The translations under genes were made by a program, and so were the position numbers. The notes beneath the pieces were generated by a model. That model did no database searches. It was not told the DNA's origin and worked only from the letters and a program-made list of their open reading frames with translations. A stretch of 64,000 nt of DNA, from contig JASTWF010000363.1 in assembly GCA_030390025.1 (NCBI GenBank), positions 124,001 to 188,000 of the forward strand, read 5' to 3'. The stretch's first letter is position 1; every line of letters begins with the position of its first letter. This document shows positions 48,722 through 61,524 of this stretch, one piece after another. This DNA is from Squalus acanthias. Its lineage: Eukaryota.

Positions 48722-51531
48722 ATTTTTTTTTTTATTCGCTTATAGGATCTGGGCGTCGCTGGCAAGGCCAGCATTTATTGCCCATCCCTAGTTGCCCTTG
48801 AGAAGGTGGCTGCCTTCTTGAACCACTGCAGTCCGTGTGGTGAAGGTACTCCCACAGTGCTGTTAGGTAGGGAGTTCCAGGATTTTGACCCAGTGACGAT
48901 GATGGATCGGCGATAAACTTCTAAGTCAGGATGGTGTGTGACTTGGAGGGGAACTTGGAGGTGGTGGTGTTCCCATGCACCTGCTGCCCTTGTCCTTCTA
49001 GGTGGAAGAGGTCGCGGGTTTGGGAGGTGCTGCCGAAGAAGGCTTGGCGAGTTGCTGCAGTGCATCTTGTAGATGGTACACACTGCAGCTACGGTACAAT
49101 CAAGCGGGCTGCTTTGTCCTGGATGGTGTCGAGCTTCTTGAGTGTTGTTGCAGCTGCACTCATCCAGGCAAGTGAAGAGTAATCCATCACGCTCCTTACT
49201 TGTGCCTTGTAGATGGTGGAAAGGCTTTGGGAAGTCAGGAGGTGAGACACTCGCCACAGAATACCTAGCCTCTGACCTGCTCTTGTTAAAAGCAGTAAGC
49301 AGTTTTATTTTTTATTTATAGCCAGGTTTTTTAATCAATTTCTAATTTATGTGGCTGATCCAGTTAAGTTTCTGGTCAATGGTGACCCCCAGAATGTTGA
49401 TGGTGGGGGATTCGGCGATGGTAATGCCGTTGAATGTCAAGGGGAGGTGGTTAGACTCTCGCTTGTTGGAGATACTCATTGCCTGGCACTTCTGTGGCGC
49501 GAATGTTACCTTCCACTTATCAGCCCAAGCCTGAATGTCGTCCAGGTCTTGTTGCATGCGGGCATGGACTGCTTCATTATCTGAGGAGTTGTGAATGGTG
49601 CTGAACACTGTGCAGTCATCAGCGAACATCCCCATTTCTGACCTTATGTTGGAGGGAAGGTCATTGATGAAGCAGCTGAAGATGGTTGGTCCTAGGACAC
49701 TGCCCTAATGAACTCCTGCAGCGATGTCCTGGGGCTGTGATGATTGACCTTCAATCACCACAACCATCTTCCTTTGTGCTAGGTATGACTCCAGCCAGTG
49801 GAGCATTTTCCCCCTGATTCCCATTGACTTCAGTTTTACTAGGATTCCTTGATGCCACACTCGGTCAAATGCTGCCTTGATGTCAAGGGCAGTCACTCTC
49901 ACCTCACCTCTGGAATTCAGCTTCTTCGTCCATGTTTGGACCAAGGCTGTAATGAGGTCGGGAGCCGAGTGGTCTTGGCGGAACCCAAACTGAGCATCAG
50001 TGAGCAGGTTATTGTTGAGTAAGTGCCGCTTGGTAGCACTGTCGATGACACCTTCCATCACTTTGCTGATGATTGAGAGTAGACTGATGGGGCGGTAATT
50101 GGCTGGATTGGATTTGTCCTGCTTTTTGTGGACAGGACATACCTGGGCAGTTTTCCACATTATCGGATAGATGCCAGTGTTGTAGCTGTACTGGAACAGC
50201 TTGGTTAGAGGCGTGGCTAGTTCTGGAGCACAAGTCTTCAGCACGATAGCCGGGATCCATAGCCTTTGCTGTATCCAGTGCACTCAGTCGTTTCTTGATA
50301 TCACGTGGAGTGAATCGAATTGGCTGAAGACTGGCTTCTGTGATGGTGGGGACCTCAGGAGTAGGCCGATATGAATCATCCACTCGGCACTTCTGGCTGA
50401 AGATGGTTGCAAACGCTTCAGCCTTGTCATTTGCACTCATGTGCTGGGCTCCACCATCATTGATGGTTGAGGATGGGGATATTCATGGAGCCTCCTCTTC
50501 CCAATGTTGTCATGGACAGATGCATCTGTGAGGACGAGGTCAAGTAGGTTTTTACCTCGTGTTGGTTCTCTCACCACCTGTCGCAGGCCCAGACTCGCAG
50601 TTATGTCCTTCAGGACTCAGCCAACTCGGTTAGTAGTGGTGCTACTGAGCCACTCTTGGTGATGGACATTGAAGTCCCCCACCCAGAGTACATTCCGTGC
50701 CCTTGCTACTTGCAATGCTTCTTCCAAGTGGTGTTCAACATGGAGGAGTACTGATTCATCAGTTGAGGGAGGGCGGTAGGTGGTAATCAGCAGGAGGTTT
50801 CCTTGCCTATGCTTGACCTGAAGCCATGAGACTTCATCGGGTCCAGAGTCAATGTTGAGGACTCCCATGGCCACTCCCTCCTGACTGTATACCACTGTAC
50901 AACCACCCCTGGTGGGCCTGTCCTGCCGGTGGGACAGGACATACCCAGGGATGGTGATGCAGGAGTTTGGGACATTGGCTGAAAGCTATGATTCTGTGAG
51001 TATGACTATGTCAGGCTGTTGCTTGACTAGTCTGTGGGACAGCTGTCCCAATTTTGGCACAAGTCCCCAGATGTTGCTGAGAAAGACTTTGCAGGGTTGA
51101 CTGGGCTGGGTGTGCCATTACCGTGTCCATAGCCGGTGCCGAGGTCGAGGTCGATGCCGGGTGGTCCATCCGGTTTGATTATATTATGTTTCGTAGTGGT
51201 TAGTTACAACTGACTGACTTGCTAGGCCATTTCAGAGGGCAGTTAAGAGTCAACCACATTGCTGTGGGTCTGGAGTCACATATAGGCCAGACCAGGTAAG
51301 GACAGCAGATTTCCTTCCCAAAGGACATTAGTGAACTAGATGGGTTTTTACGACAATCCGAGAGTTTCATGGTTACCATTACTGATACTAGCTTTTTATT
51401 CCAGATTTATTTAATTGACAGAAATTAAATTCCCCAGCTGCCGTGGTGGGATTTGAACTCACGTCTCTGAGATCATTAGTCCAGGCCTCTGGATTACTAC
51501 CCCAGTGACATTACCACTACGCTACCATTCC
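48722..51531 (-). mobile_element. CR1/L2-group (Zenon-like) LINE with APE+RT, no ORF1, tRNA-like 5' head
   Basis: APE start KVFLSNIWGLVPK..QQPDIVILTES (~51090), YRPPS, GDFNVHH; RT NYRPISLLS, QFGFR, LDIKAAFDRVWH, FADD; poly(A) tail at 48722; A box 51513-51523, B box 51448-51460; decayed. Confidence 0.88.
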
Positions 51532-52016
51532 CAATTATTATCGGACTTTTAAATGAGGCTCCGTGCAGCAGATATTCCATGAATGGAGTGCTGCCAGGTT
51601 TACTGGACCAACTGGGAGCTTCCTTCGTGGCCTTGCTGAATACACTGTGATTAACAGCAGGCTATTGTTCACAAATAGGCTTCAGTCTGACTCATAGTAA
51701 CACTTGTCTCCAGTTCCAAAGCAGCAAGTCTAAATCCCAGTCTGGGCTGTAGTTGAAAGTTCAGTTCTGCCTTCCCGTATTTTGCAATTTGGGGTTTTCA
51801 TTCGACTGAGCATTGTGCATCACCAGAGTACGTCCTCTTGCGGAAATGCTTGTTTACATGGGGTCAGTCCCAGCTGACAGAAACTCCAACTAAGAATTGA
51901 TCATAAGGGAATCCTAGTAATTCCACAATTGCTACCATTAATTAATCCTGAACAAAATGAGCCCAATTTTAACTGTTGTGTCACTGAAATACTGCTACAC
52001 ATGTTGGTATGTGTAA

Positions 52017-52130
<114 letters not shown>

Positions 52131-52199
52131 TAGAGAATTATGTGACCAGCTCATCAAACTCCGATTCGAATGAATGAAACCCCAGATCCCCGTTGCTCA

Positions 52200-54563
52200 C
52201 CACATCCCCATCAGACCATCTCTGTCTCACGGAATATCACAGCGTCATCCTGGGCACCAAGCTGAAATGAAAGACAACACAAAAGATTCCAAACAAAATG
52301 AATAAATTTATTACAAATCAATTCACACATATTTACTGAAAAATGTTAATTAATCACCCTTGTGTAATCCCTTAGTGCCTGTCTTTCGTGTGGCTTTTCC
52401 TAATCTAGTGCTCCTACGAAGTGCTTCCCCAGTGACTGCAGCATGGCTGGTGGAAGACTGCTGAGTTTCTGTGCTGGAGACTTCAGATGAGCTTGCAGGA
52501 TGACCTCGAGCAGCTCTGGCCCTAGAATGCCCGGCTGTAGACTGCACCATCTCGGCATGGGCGGCAGCAGTCTGGGCTGGCTAGCTGACAGACAGCAGCA
52601 AGGTCAATGGCGAAGTGGCAGAGGTGGGAACAGGAACAGGAATATTGTCCTGCTCCACTGCCCGGGGTGGCGCCTCAGCATTCCTAGCAATCTGTTGGAG
52701 CACAGATTGCTGGCCTGCTGCGACACCCTGAAAGCCTCGGTCGACGGTGGTAAACCCAGCCACGATGGCAAGAGTCCGAGCTTGGGTGGCTTCAAGCTGA
52801 GCATGCATCAGAGCACTCAGAGCTTCTGCTGCAGCACTAAGACGTTGGGTCGCTTCCGCCTGTGCTACAATGGAAGCTGCGACATTGCCCATCTTGCGCA
52901 CCATCATGCCTGGGTCGCCATGGTCTCTTTGGGAGTGCACCGTCATTTCCAGGCTGGAAATCGTGGGCTCCATCCTCTGCGCAGAGCCCCGTTCAATGTT
53001 GGAGGCGGACTCCTCCACGCTCCTTGACATTGCCGAGAGGCTCTCTGGCAGGCTTGCCAATGCACCCATCAATTCTGTGCACCTGCCCAACACCCTTTTC
53101 TGAAGGCCTCCCCATCAAGGTCCTCATCTGAGACCTGTGCAGCAGAACTCGCCCTCCGGGGAGCTGGCCCCCGAGCTACCCTTTCCCCGTGACCTTGCTC
53201 GTGTCCGATGCCTCAGCCTCTAAAGTTCACATTGTGCCATTTTCTGAGCTGGTGTCTGTGAGTGAGTTGCAGTGACACGGTGTCTTCTTCCTCCTCTTCT
53301 TCTTTTCCCCCCTCGCTCTCTGCGATGACCTCGGGGATAGGCTGTTCGGGTATTTGTTGATTATCTGAAAGCAGAAAGGCACAAGAGTCGGGTTATAGTG
53401 AGGGGAGTTGCGGGGGTGGGGGACGGCGGCGGAAGCCAGAAATGTATCCAAACATCATAAGTAGCTTGTTAATGAGAAGATTGTGGGCTGATGTGGAAGT
53501 GGGATGTGAGAAGAAGGATTAGGAATGAACCTACCGTTGTGGTCTCCAAGGTGATCAACCTCACCGGTTGCCATGGTGTTGACCACATGCCACCCAATTA
53601 TCTGGAGTACCTGCTCCTCCAGCTGGCTGAAGTCCTGCGCGTCCACCTGGCCCCCACCTGTCTGCTGCTGCTCCCGAGGATTATATGCCAGCTTGGCCTG
53701 CAGGAAAAAGAGAAGTGTGTGAGTGAGTTTAGTGCAATGTGTTTGGGCTATGTGCCTGCCATGGTTGAATAGCTGTCAGAGTGTGCAAGGTGTGAGATGT
53801 GGGTGTGAGTGTTGCAGTAGTGGTAAGCTGAGGGTGAAGTGAAGCTCTGATTGTGAGGTGTGAGTGAGGATAGGTAGAGATTGTTGGTAGGTGAGTGCTG
53901 GGGGTATGGTGCATTGAGCAGTGTGTGAGGCTTGTGGTGCAGATGGTGGTATGTGGCATTTGCTGAAGCCTTCACACACCTTGACCGCCCCTGTGAGGTC
54001 ATTAAACTTCTTCCTGGCGGTCCTGTGGAGCACAGTGCTGGCCGACACATGGTCTGCAATCTCCTGCCACATCGTTTGGGACATATAGGGCAAAGGCTTC
54101 CTGCCAGATTGTGGGTAGAGGTCAGCCCGCCTCTTCTCCCCGGCGACTATGCGTGCCGCCAGAGTTTCATCGGAGAACCTCTGGGATCTCTCCTTGGTGC
54201 AGCGATCTGCCATGTGTACAGAACTCTTGCTTGTCCTTGAGCTGCTTCTTCTTTTGGTTGTTGGGACAGTTGCAACCCAACTGCCCTGACAATGAGGTGC
54301 TATAGCATCAATGCACCTCCCCTTTAAGTAGTGGGAAAAGCCTGTGCCAAACATGACTGATTTGGACTGGCCCTGATATTGGTCCACCTGTTCAGCGTTA
54401 AGCCAATGAGCAGCAGTTTTAGCGCGGAAATCATGACTGCAATCATATTCCTGAAGAGTGATCACGAATTTTGCGTGCTACCTGGACCATTTTCAGGTGG
54501 CGCAGCTTAACATCGTTTGGCCTTAACACTGCCCATTTAGTGGCTATATCCAATTTCTAGGCC
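52200..54563 (-). mobile_element. Truncated Harbinger (Myb-gene half only)
   Basis: TIR GGCCTAGAAATT at 54563; carries decayed 3-exon Myb gene; no transposase or second TIR seen. Confidence 0.85.
52350..54213 (-). pseudogene. Decayed Harbinger Myb/SANT-like gene (exons ~54213-53980, 53697-53535, 53364-52350)
   Basis: MADRCTKERSQRFSDETLAARIVAGEKRRADLYPQSGRKPLP..WQEIADHVSA..RKKFNDL; TELMGALASLPESL..SVEE; ALRRSTR; frameshifts. Confidence 0.85.
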
Positions 54564-55029
54564 TTTATTCCTGCCACTTACAACTGGAGCTGCTATTGCA
54601 TTACCATTTGGAAAGGTAATTCTACGACCCAACATTATAACACAACCTGCCTGCATTATGCATATTTATTTACTCAAGCACAAGCTGAGATACAGGTGCA
54701 CACTTGAGTCTTGCTCTTTAGGTGCTCTTCAAAAACTTCCAACATCTCAACAATACTTTTTACTTGTAGGACAAGGCACTGCTTAGTAGGAAGGTGCAAC
54801 CCTGAACTGCTCCCTAATTTTAGACTTTGCGTCCATTTGAACAGATTATACTTGATATCCTGGTGCCTAAGAACATAGAGAGAGGGTCAAGATGAAGCGG
54901 AGGCCGTTGTGAAGCTCTGAGCTAGTACAATCCTTTGCCTGTTGTTTCACTTGCGTGCACGCACACACAATCTTATTATTAATTTGAGAACTAAAAATTC
55001 CTGACATTGAAGGAGAAATTAAACTCTTA

Positions 55030-57180
55030 GGCCTAAAATTTCCAGTGCGCCAAAAACCTGCTGGTGCCACCACAGGCCGCAGTTAACGGCTGCCGAATTA
55101 AGAATGCAGATCAATGCAGCCTGGTTGCACATTGCACAGGAGGGTAAAAGCAAGGATGTGGTCGGGAGTACCAGACTGCAGTGGCGCAAAACTTTCAATG
55201 ATCTCAGTAGATCATGAAACGTTACTGCCAAGCCACACTCAGCCTCATCCTGCTGTGCCACGCATCACATCCACATCACTCTGCCTTCCCTACCCTACTC
55301 CTGCACATCCTTACTCACACCAACTTACCTTGCACCTCCACCCATCCCTCTCTATCTACATTATCACCTCCCCATCTCACTAGCCACCCCTCATACTCAC
55401 CCTCATCCTAGTGCAATCATACCAACTAACAACACACATGGGTAGGCACTTGGATGTTTTAGCCAATGTCCGCGTGAAGTTTCCGTTAATGTGCTGTCAA
55501 ACATTGAAACCTTTATTTTTAACACTTTGCGTTCTTGGACAGATTTGTGTGTAGCTTTGGAAGTGACTTAGTGAGTTGCAGTGAATGGTGAGTCATCATG
55601 GTACCCCCCCCACCCCGCCCCGCCCCGCACTGGTGATGAGCATGAAAGGAATGGCTTGGTCATTGTAGGGATGCTTTATGGTGTTGGTGTGGGGTGGTGC
55701 CAACCTGGCGCATCATCCGGTATTTTGGTGCTGCCTGCTGTTTAACATTAACGCAGCACTAAATGTTCAGTGCAATGCTGGTTTATGGGCACTACTCTCA
55801 GCTGCAGCCCAATGTAACGTGGCTGTAGTGTCCCTGGAGCAAGAACAGCATTAACTTAAAGCTAGCCTGTCATTTTAGAAAACAGTGTCAGTCACTTAAA
55901 GGGGAACTGCCTTCTAAAATGAAGAAAACAAAAATCGTTTAAAAATAGTCAGTTTTTAGCCCTTAGAGCTCACCTGCCTTCTGAAAAACAATTAAACATT
56001 AAAAAGAATTCCCAAAAATGGCAGTTTTCAGCTCTTAAAACTGAATTGCCTGCTGCACCTAAAAAAAAATGGCAATAGTGCTTCAGCACTAACACAAATG
56101 GTTCAGCAAGCCATGGATAGGGTCACCCAGGGTCTCGCACACAGCACTCCAGCTTTGTGCATGGGGTCAACACTACAAGAGAGGTCCTCTACCCACAGGG
56201 GCCAGGAGGCCCTCCAGAAAGAAGGATGTGGGGCCAGATCACCGTTGCTATCACTGCCAGCAGTGTTGCCCCTAGGACCTGGCTCCAGTGCCCAAAGAAG
56301 CTTCATGACCTCAGACTAGTGGTCAAGATCAGTGAATGTATCTTCAAAAGCCGTCACCTTCCAACTGCACCACTAGCCTTGCATACTGCTCATTGCACGA
56401 CCCCCCTGCCATCCCCCCCAATCACTCACCTACCAATAATCTCTACCAAACAGGAGGCACACCTCCCACTCCTGGCTTCACTTCACCCCCCTTGGAGGAG
56501 CTGGTGCTAGCCATTCTTGGCAGGGGCATGGCCATATATGTAAAACCAATGGTTATGGTGACCAATTTTCTCTACTCTGTCAGTGATTCTAGGGCAATGC
56601 TGTTATTGTTAAAGAAGGTGGTAACTTGGCAATGATGTTAGTGTTAGAGGAAATGGTAAACTGGGGGACAGTGCTGTGAAGGAAGGTTGCAACAGGAACC
56701 AGATGGTAACTCAATGCATGTTACTTATTTACCGTGAAACATTCTCCATCTTTCTCAGGCCTTTTTTAAAAAATAGTTTAAAATTTTATGGCCTAGATAT
56801 TCGGGGGTTTAGCGCTGTCCATCAAGCCCGTTTTGAAGGAAAAATGACGGCCACTTGCTTCCGGCGGGTCCCACGGCAGTCGCCATTTTGGGCAGGTCGG
56901 CAGCGTTGCCGATGCCTGTGCTTGCTGTAGATATTTAGATTAGGTAGATCGTGATGTCAGTGAGCGTGCAACGATCATTTGACCCTTGATCAGCCATTTT
57001 CGTGTTCGCCGCTCCACTCACCGACCTGTGTTAATCACGACCAGCTGACCAAGTGTTCACTAGCAGGAAGGAGCCTCCAGCAGCACTAGTTAAAGGGATC
57101 ATCATCAACAACTTGCCATGGTTTTCAGTTTGACTGGCTCTGTGTAACTTTCTGCAACTCTTGCAGCTTTCTAAACTTGT
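55030..57180 (+). mobile_element. Cluster of decayed Harbinger fragments
   Basis: TIR-like starts ggcctaaaattt (55030) and ggcctagatatt (~56790); Myb remnants near 55120-55215 and 56110-56335; intron-like sequence shared with 38510-38880. Confidence 0.65.
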
Positions 57181-57183
57181 TTT

Positions 57184-58140
57184 ATAAGAACATAAGAGCA
57201 TAGCAAGAAATAGGAGCAGGAGTAGGCCATTCAGTAATATCATGGCTGATCTTCTACCTCATCTCCACTTTCCTGCACTATCCCCATATCCCTTGATTCC
57301 CTTAATATTCAAAAATCTATCGATCTCAGTCTTGAATATACTCAATGACTGAGCCTCCACAGCCCTCTGGGGTAGGGAATTCCAAAGATGCACCACCCTC
57401 TGAGTGAAGAAATTTCCCCTCATCTCAGTCCTAAATGGCTGACCCTTTATTATGAGACAGTGGCCCCTGGCTCTAGACTCCCCAGCCAGGGGAAACATCC
57501 TCCCTGCATCTACCCTGTCAATACCCCTCAGAATTTTGTATGTTTCAATGAGATCACTTCTCATTCTTCTAAACTCTAGAGAATATAGGCCTAGTCTACT
57601 CAATCTGTCCTCATAGGACAATCCCCCCATCCCAGGAACCAGTCTGGTGAACTTTCGTTGCACTCCCTCTATGGCAAGTATATCCTTCCTTACGTAAGGA
57701 GACCAAAACTGTACACAGAACTGTAGATGTGACATCACCAAGGCTCTATATAATTGTAGCAAGACTTCTTTACCCTTATACTCCAATCCCTTTGTAATAA
57801 AGGCTAACATACCATTTGCTTTCCTAATTGCTTGCTGTACCTGCATGTTAACTTTCTGTGATTCGTGTACAAGGACTCCCAGGTCCCTCTGATTATCAAC
57901 ATTTCCTAGTTTCTCATTTAAAAAAATATATTCTGCTTTTCTAGTTTTCCTACTAAAGTGGATAACTTTACATTTCTCCACATTATATTCCATTTGCCAC
58001 ATTCTTGCCCATTCACTTAACTTGTCTATATCCCTTTGCATCTCTTTGTGACCTCCTCACAGCTTACTTTCCCACCTAGCTTTGTATCATCAGCAAACTT
58101 GGATACATTACAATTGGTCTCCTCATCTAAATCATTGATT
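57184..58140 (-). mobile_element. CR1 LINE 3' fragment
   Basis: ORF 57259-58041 RT C-terminus; tail at 57184. Confidence 0.93.
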
Positions 58141-58265
58141 TAATTATTCTTTTGCTCTGCTTCCCTTTTACCATCTCATTTCTCACACCTCTTTGTTGCC
58201 TATCGAACAACACATGTCTCTGTTTGACTTCCTGTCCTATCCTCCCTCCTCCCTTTCTCTCTCAG

Positions 58266-58437
58266 TGATGGGGCAGGTGGTCATAAACGGACTAGAGCTG
58301 CTTGGCGCAAGACGCTCTGTTTTGCTGGATAAAGATCTGGATGCTGCGATCAAGAGGATGATTGGACTTTCAAAGACACAAGAGATCACTGAGCGGGAAC
58401 GTCTCCACGTGGAGGCACTGGACATGTTTGCAAAAGG
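58266..58437 (+). CDS. TTC38: TTC38-like copy B, exon 4
   Basis: ctcag|TG ATG...AAA GG|gtaagg; 172 nt, MGQVVINGLELLGARRSVLLDKDLDAAIKRMIGLSKTQEITERERLHVEALDMFAK. Confidence 0.95.
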
Positions 58438-58892
58438 GTAAGGAGAGTTACCTCAAGACATGCTTTCTATCTATAGCTACAGTGAGGGTTTTTTTAGTGA
58501 CTAACCGTTATTAGCACTCAACCTACATTAGTTCTGATCATTCAAAGGGCTAATTGACTTCGTATGGAAAGCGATTTTGGTATAGGTATACAGTCCCACC
58601 ACTTATACCGCCCACGCTTATGGTGGACAATCATCTACACCGGGCAATTTCCCATAACCATTCCCATCACTATAGCAATCAATGATAAAGGCACTGCTTA
58701 CAAATTATCAAGTGTTATTCAGGTAATTCGGTAAGCTTATTGCACCTCGTTAAAGTGTGATTACGTTAATCCTCCCTACATACTTTTTTAAAACTTTGCT
58801 GAATTCAGGGAAATTGAAATGTTAATTAAATGTCTTTCAGCTTGTACTGCTAATGATTCACCTGGTATGTAGAAGCTGAGTGCATCATTACT

Positions 58893-59170
58893 ACAACAAC
58901 AACATGCATTCATATAGCACATTTAACGTAGTAAAACGTCCCAAGGCGCTTCACAGGAGCGTTATCAAACAAAATTTGACACTGAGCCACATAAGTAGAT
59001 ATTAGGGCAGATGACCAAAAGCTTGGTCAAAGAGGTAGGTCTTAAGGAGCTTCTTAAAGGAGAGAGAGGTAGAGAGGCAGAGAGGTTTGAAAACAAGGAT
59101 GAAATTTTAAAATTGAGGTGTTGCCAGACTGGGAGCCAATGTAGGACAGCGAGCAAAGGGGTGATGGGTA
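58893..59170 (-). mobile_element. L2-type 3' end
   Basis: ITPLLAVLHWLPV; tail as at 32277. Confidence 0.8.
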
Positions 59171-60049
59171 ATGTTCCCTGTAATTTTTTTTGATGCTGGG
59201 TGGCATCTTTAAGGGGCTGCGCAGTCCATTCAAAATACCGCACATGCGCAGTTTTTACATTGAAAAGCCGGCAAAGTGTGAGGGGAATTTTTGAGTTCCC
59301 TGTAAATCAGGCGGTTGTTTGGAATTTTCATCATATGACCAGCTGCCCCATCCAGTCAAACAGCCTTTTTCCCATTTCCAATATTTTTATAACTAATAAA
59401 CAAGCGCTCAAAGAAAATGCAAAAAACACTTTTTCTGAATGCCCGTATGATTTTTCTCCTGGGTTACTCGTAGCATTGTCCAGCAGATTAATTGTTCATT
59501 CCTGGAAACTCCAGGATGATCCGATAGGGTTGGTAACCCTGGGCTGCAGCAGGGGATTGACGGATATGGGCAGCTCGGAATGGGACAGAGGAGCTGCCAC
59601 ATCACCCCCTACTGGATGGAGGCCAGAATTAGGATTGCTGATTACATCGAATGCACAGCACAGAAATAAGCTGTTCGGCCCAACTGGTCCTTGCCAGTGT
59701 TTATGTTCCACACGAGTCTCCTCCCACCCCTCTTCATATAACCCTATCAGCATAACCTTCTATTCCTTTCTCCCTCATGTGTTTATCTAGCTTCCCCTTG
59801 TTGACATGGGGATTTCCATCATGAGCGTTGACCTTGAAATGTTGATATCGAATGTTACTCAGTTACTCAAAAATGACAACAAGAAGAAATGGTTTTGGGA
59901 CAGTAAATAAATACCATTTGTAAGACATTTAATATATTATAGATATAAATATATATAAATATATATGTAATTGTCAACTGACTGACTTATTTTCCATGGT
60001 GTACCCGGCAAAGCCATAAAAAATCTACTACGGAGCACACCATACCCTC

Positions 60050-60159
60050 GGGGTGAATTTCTGAGAGGGTTCTCCCGTTCATCCACTGTAACTGGTGAAA
60101 GAGCTGTGAAAACCCCGGAAAAACAGGGAGCAAGGGAATCCCCGCGTAAATTCACCCCC
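60050..60159. mobile_element. Short Harbinger-like MITE
   Basis: TIR ggggtgaattt / aaattcaccccc. Confidence 0.72.
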
Positions 60160-60356
60160 ACTGTTCCGATATTCAGCTGAAGGAGGGATGTAGAGTCAAA
60201 ATCATGTGATCTCTGTAAAATGTGAAAATTAGCAAGTCTGTCCAGTTTCAGGTGGAAAACTGTTCAAAATCTGATTCAAAACGCATTTAGCATCTTGAAT
60301 TCATCAAGAAAAATAATTTATACACTTCGATGAGGTTCATACTAACATTCTTTTGA

Positions 60357-60539
<183 letters not shown>

Positions 60540-60909
60540 TAGGTACTCCGTCTTAGTATCAGAAAATACCGTCAGAAAATATGCCACCAGCAATTTTTTA
60601 GTAGCTCCTCAATCATGTGGCTTGATTAAGTGGGGAGGAAGGATATAAATAAGCCTCCACAATCAGTGATGCTGGATTTGAAATTCAGTAACTTGCTCTT
60701 TGGCCTTCCCCAGAGGTAGATGTGCTTTTGATTAGCCTTGTTGTTCCACAGCTGTCGTCAGTATCGCCACAAGGAAGTCTATCAATCACACCATCATATG
60801 GTTTCCATCAAAGCTGTTTCCAAGTCCATCAAGTCACTACTGTCTGTACTGTAGTTGATGGTTCATCTTCTAACTTGTAATTAACTTGGGGTCTCCTCAG
60901 GCTCCAGTA

Positions 60910-61136
60910 CAAAAAGCAAAATACTGCAGGTGCTGGGAATCCTGAAATGAAAACAAAACTATTAGAAACACTCAGCAGGTCAGGCAGCATCTGTGGAGAA
61001 AGGAAGGTATAGGGTTAACATTTTCAGCCGTTTTGACAAAGTGTCAGTGACCTGAAACGTTAACCTTTCCTTCCTTTCTCCACAGATGCTGCCTGACCTG
61101 CTGAGTGTTTCCAACATTTTCTTTTTTCATCAGGAT
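60910..61136. repeat. Inverted pair of Penelope terminal repeats (hairpin)
   Basis: 60965-61007 is the exact reverse complement of 61069-61111 (43 bp). Confidence 0.92.
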
Positions 61137-61524
61137 CTGTCCTCTTTCCATTCAGCCCTCGAGTGGAACAGGCTTGGGGGGCTGAATGGCCTTGCCCTGT
61201 TCCTATGTTCCCATTTTCTTCCTTCGTCACATCAATGACCTCCTCCATTCATCATCCAACATGGCACAAATTTGAATTGCTTTGCTTTGTTTTGTTTTTA
61301 ACTGAAGAAGTAGATGGTTATTTTGATCTTAGATCCCATTGGTTTGCAGATTTAAAATGCAGTAAACAGAAATGTTTTTTCTTATCTGAAATTGACATTG
61401 CCTCATAGAGGCCCAGTTTTGAGCTGCTAGTTCTATTCTTAATCTGTCTCACTTGGTGATGCCGCATGACATGATGGAGGATGTCCTTTGTGTAAATATT
61501 CCAGTCTTGGCACAGTGCCACATT

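Noticed and set aside
51440..51531. Genuine tRNA gene
   Set aside because: A/B boxes present but no convincing cloverleaf or downstream T-run; continuous with a retroelement leader.
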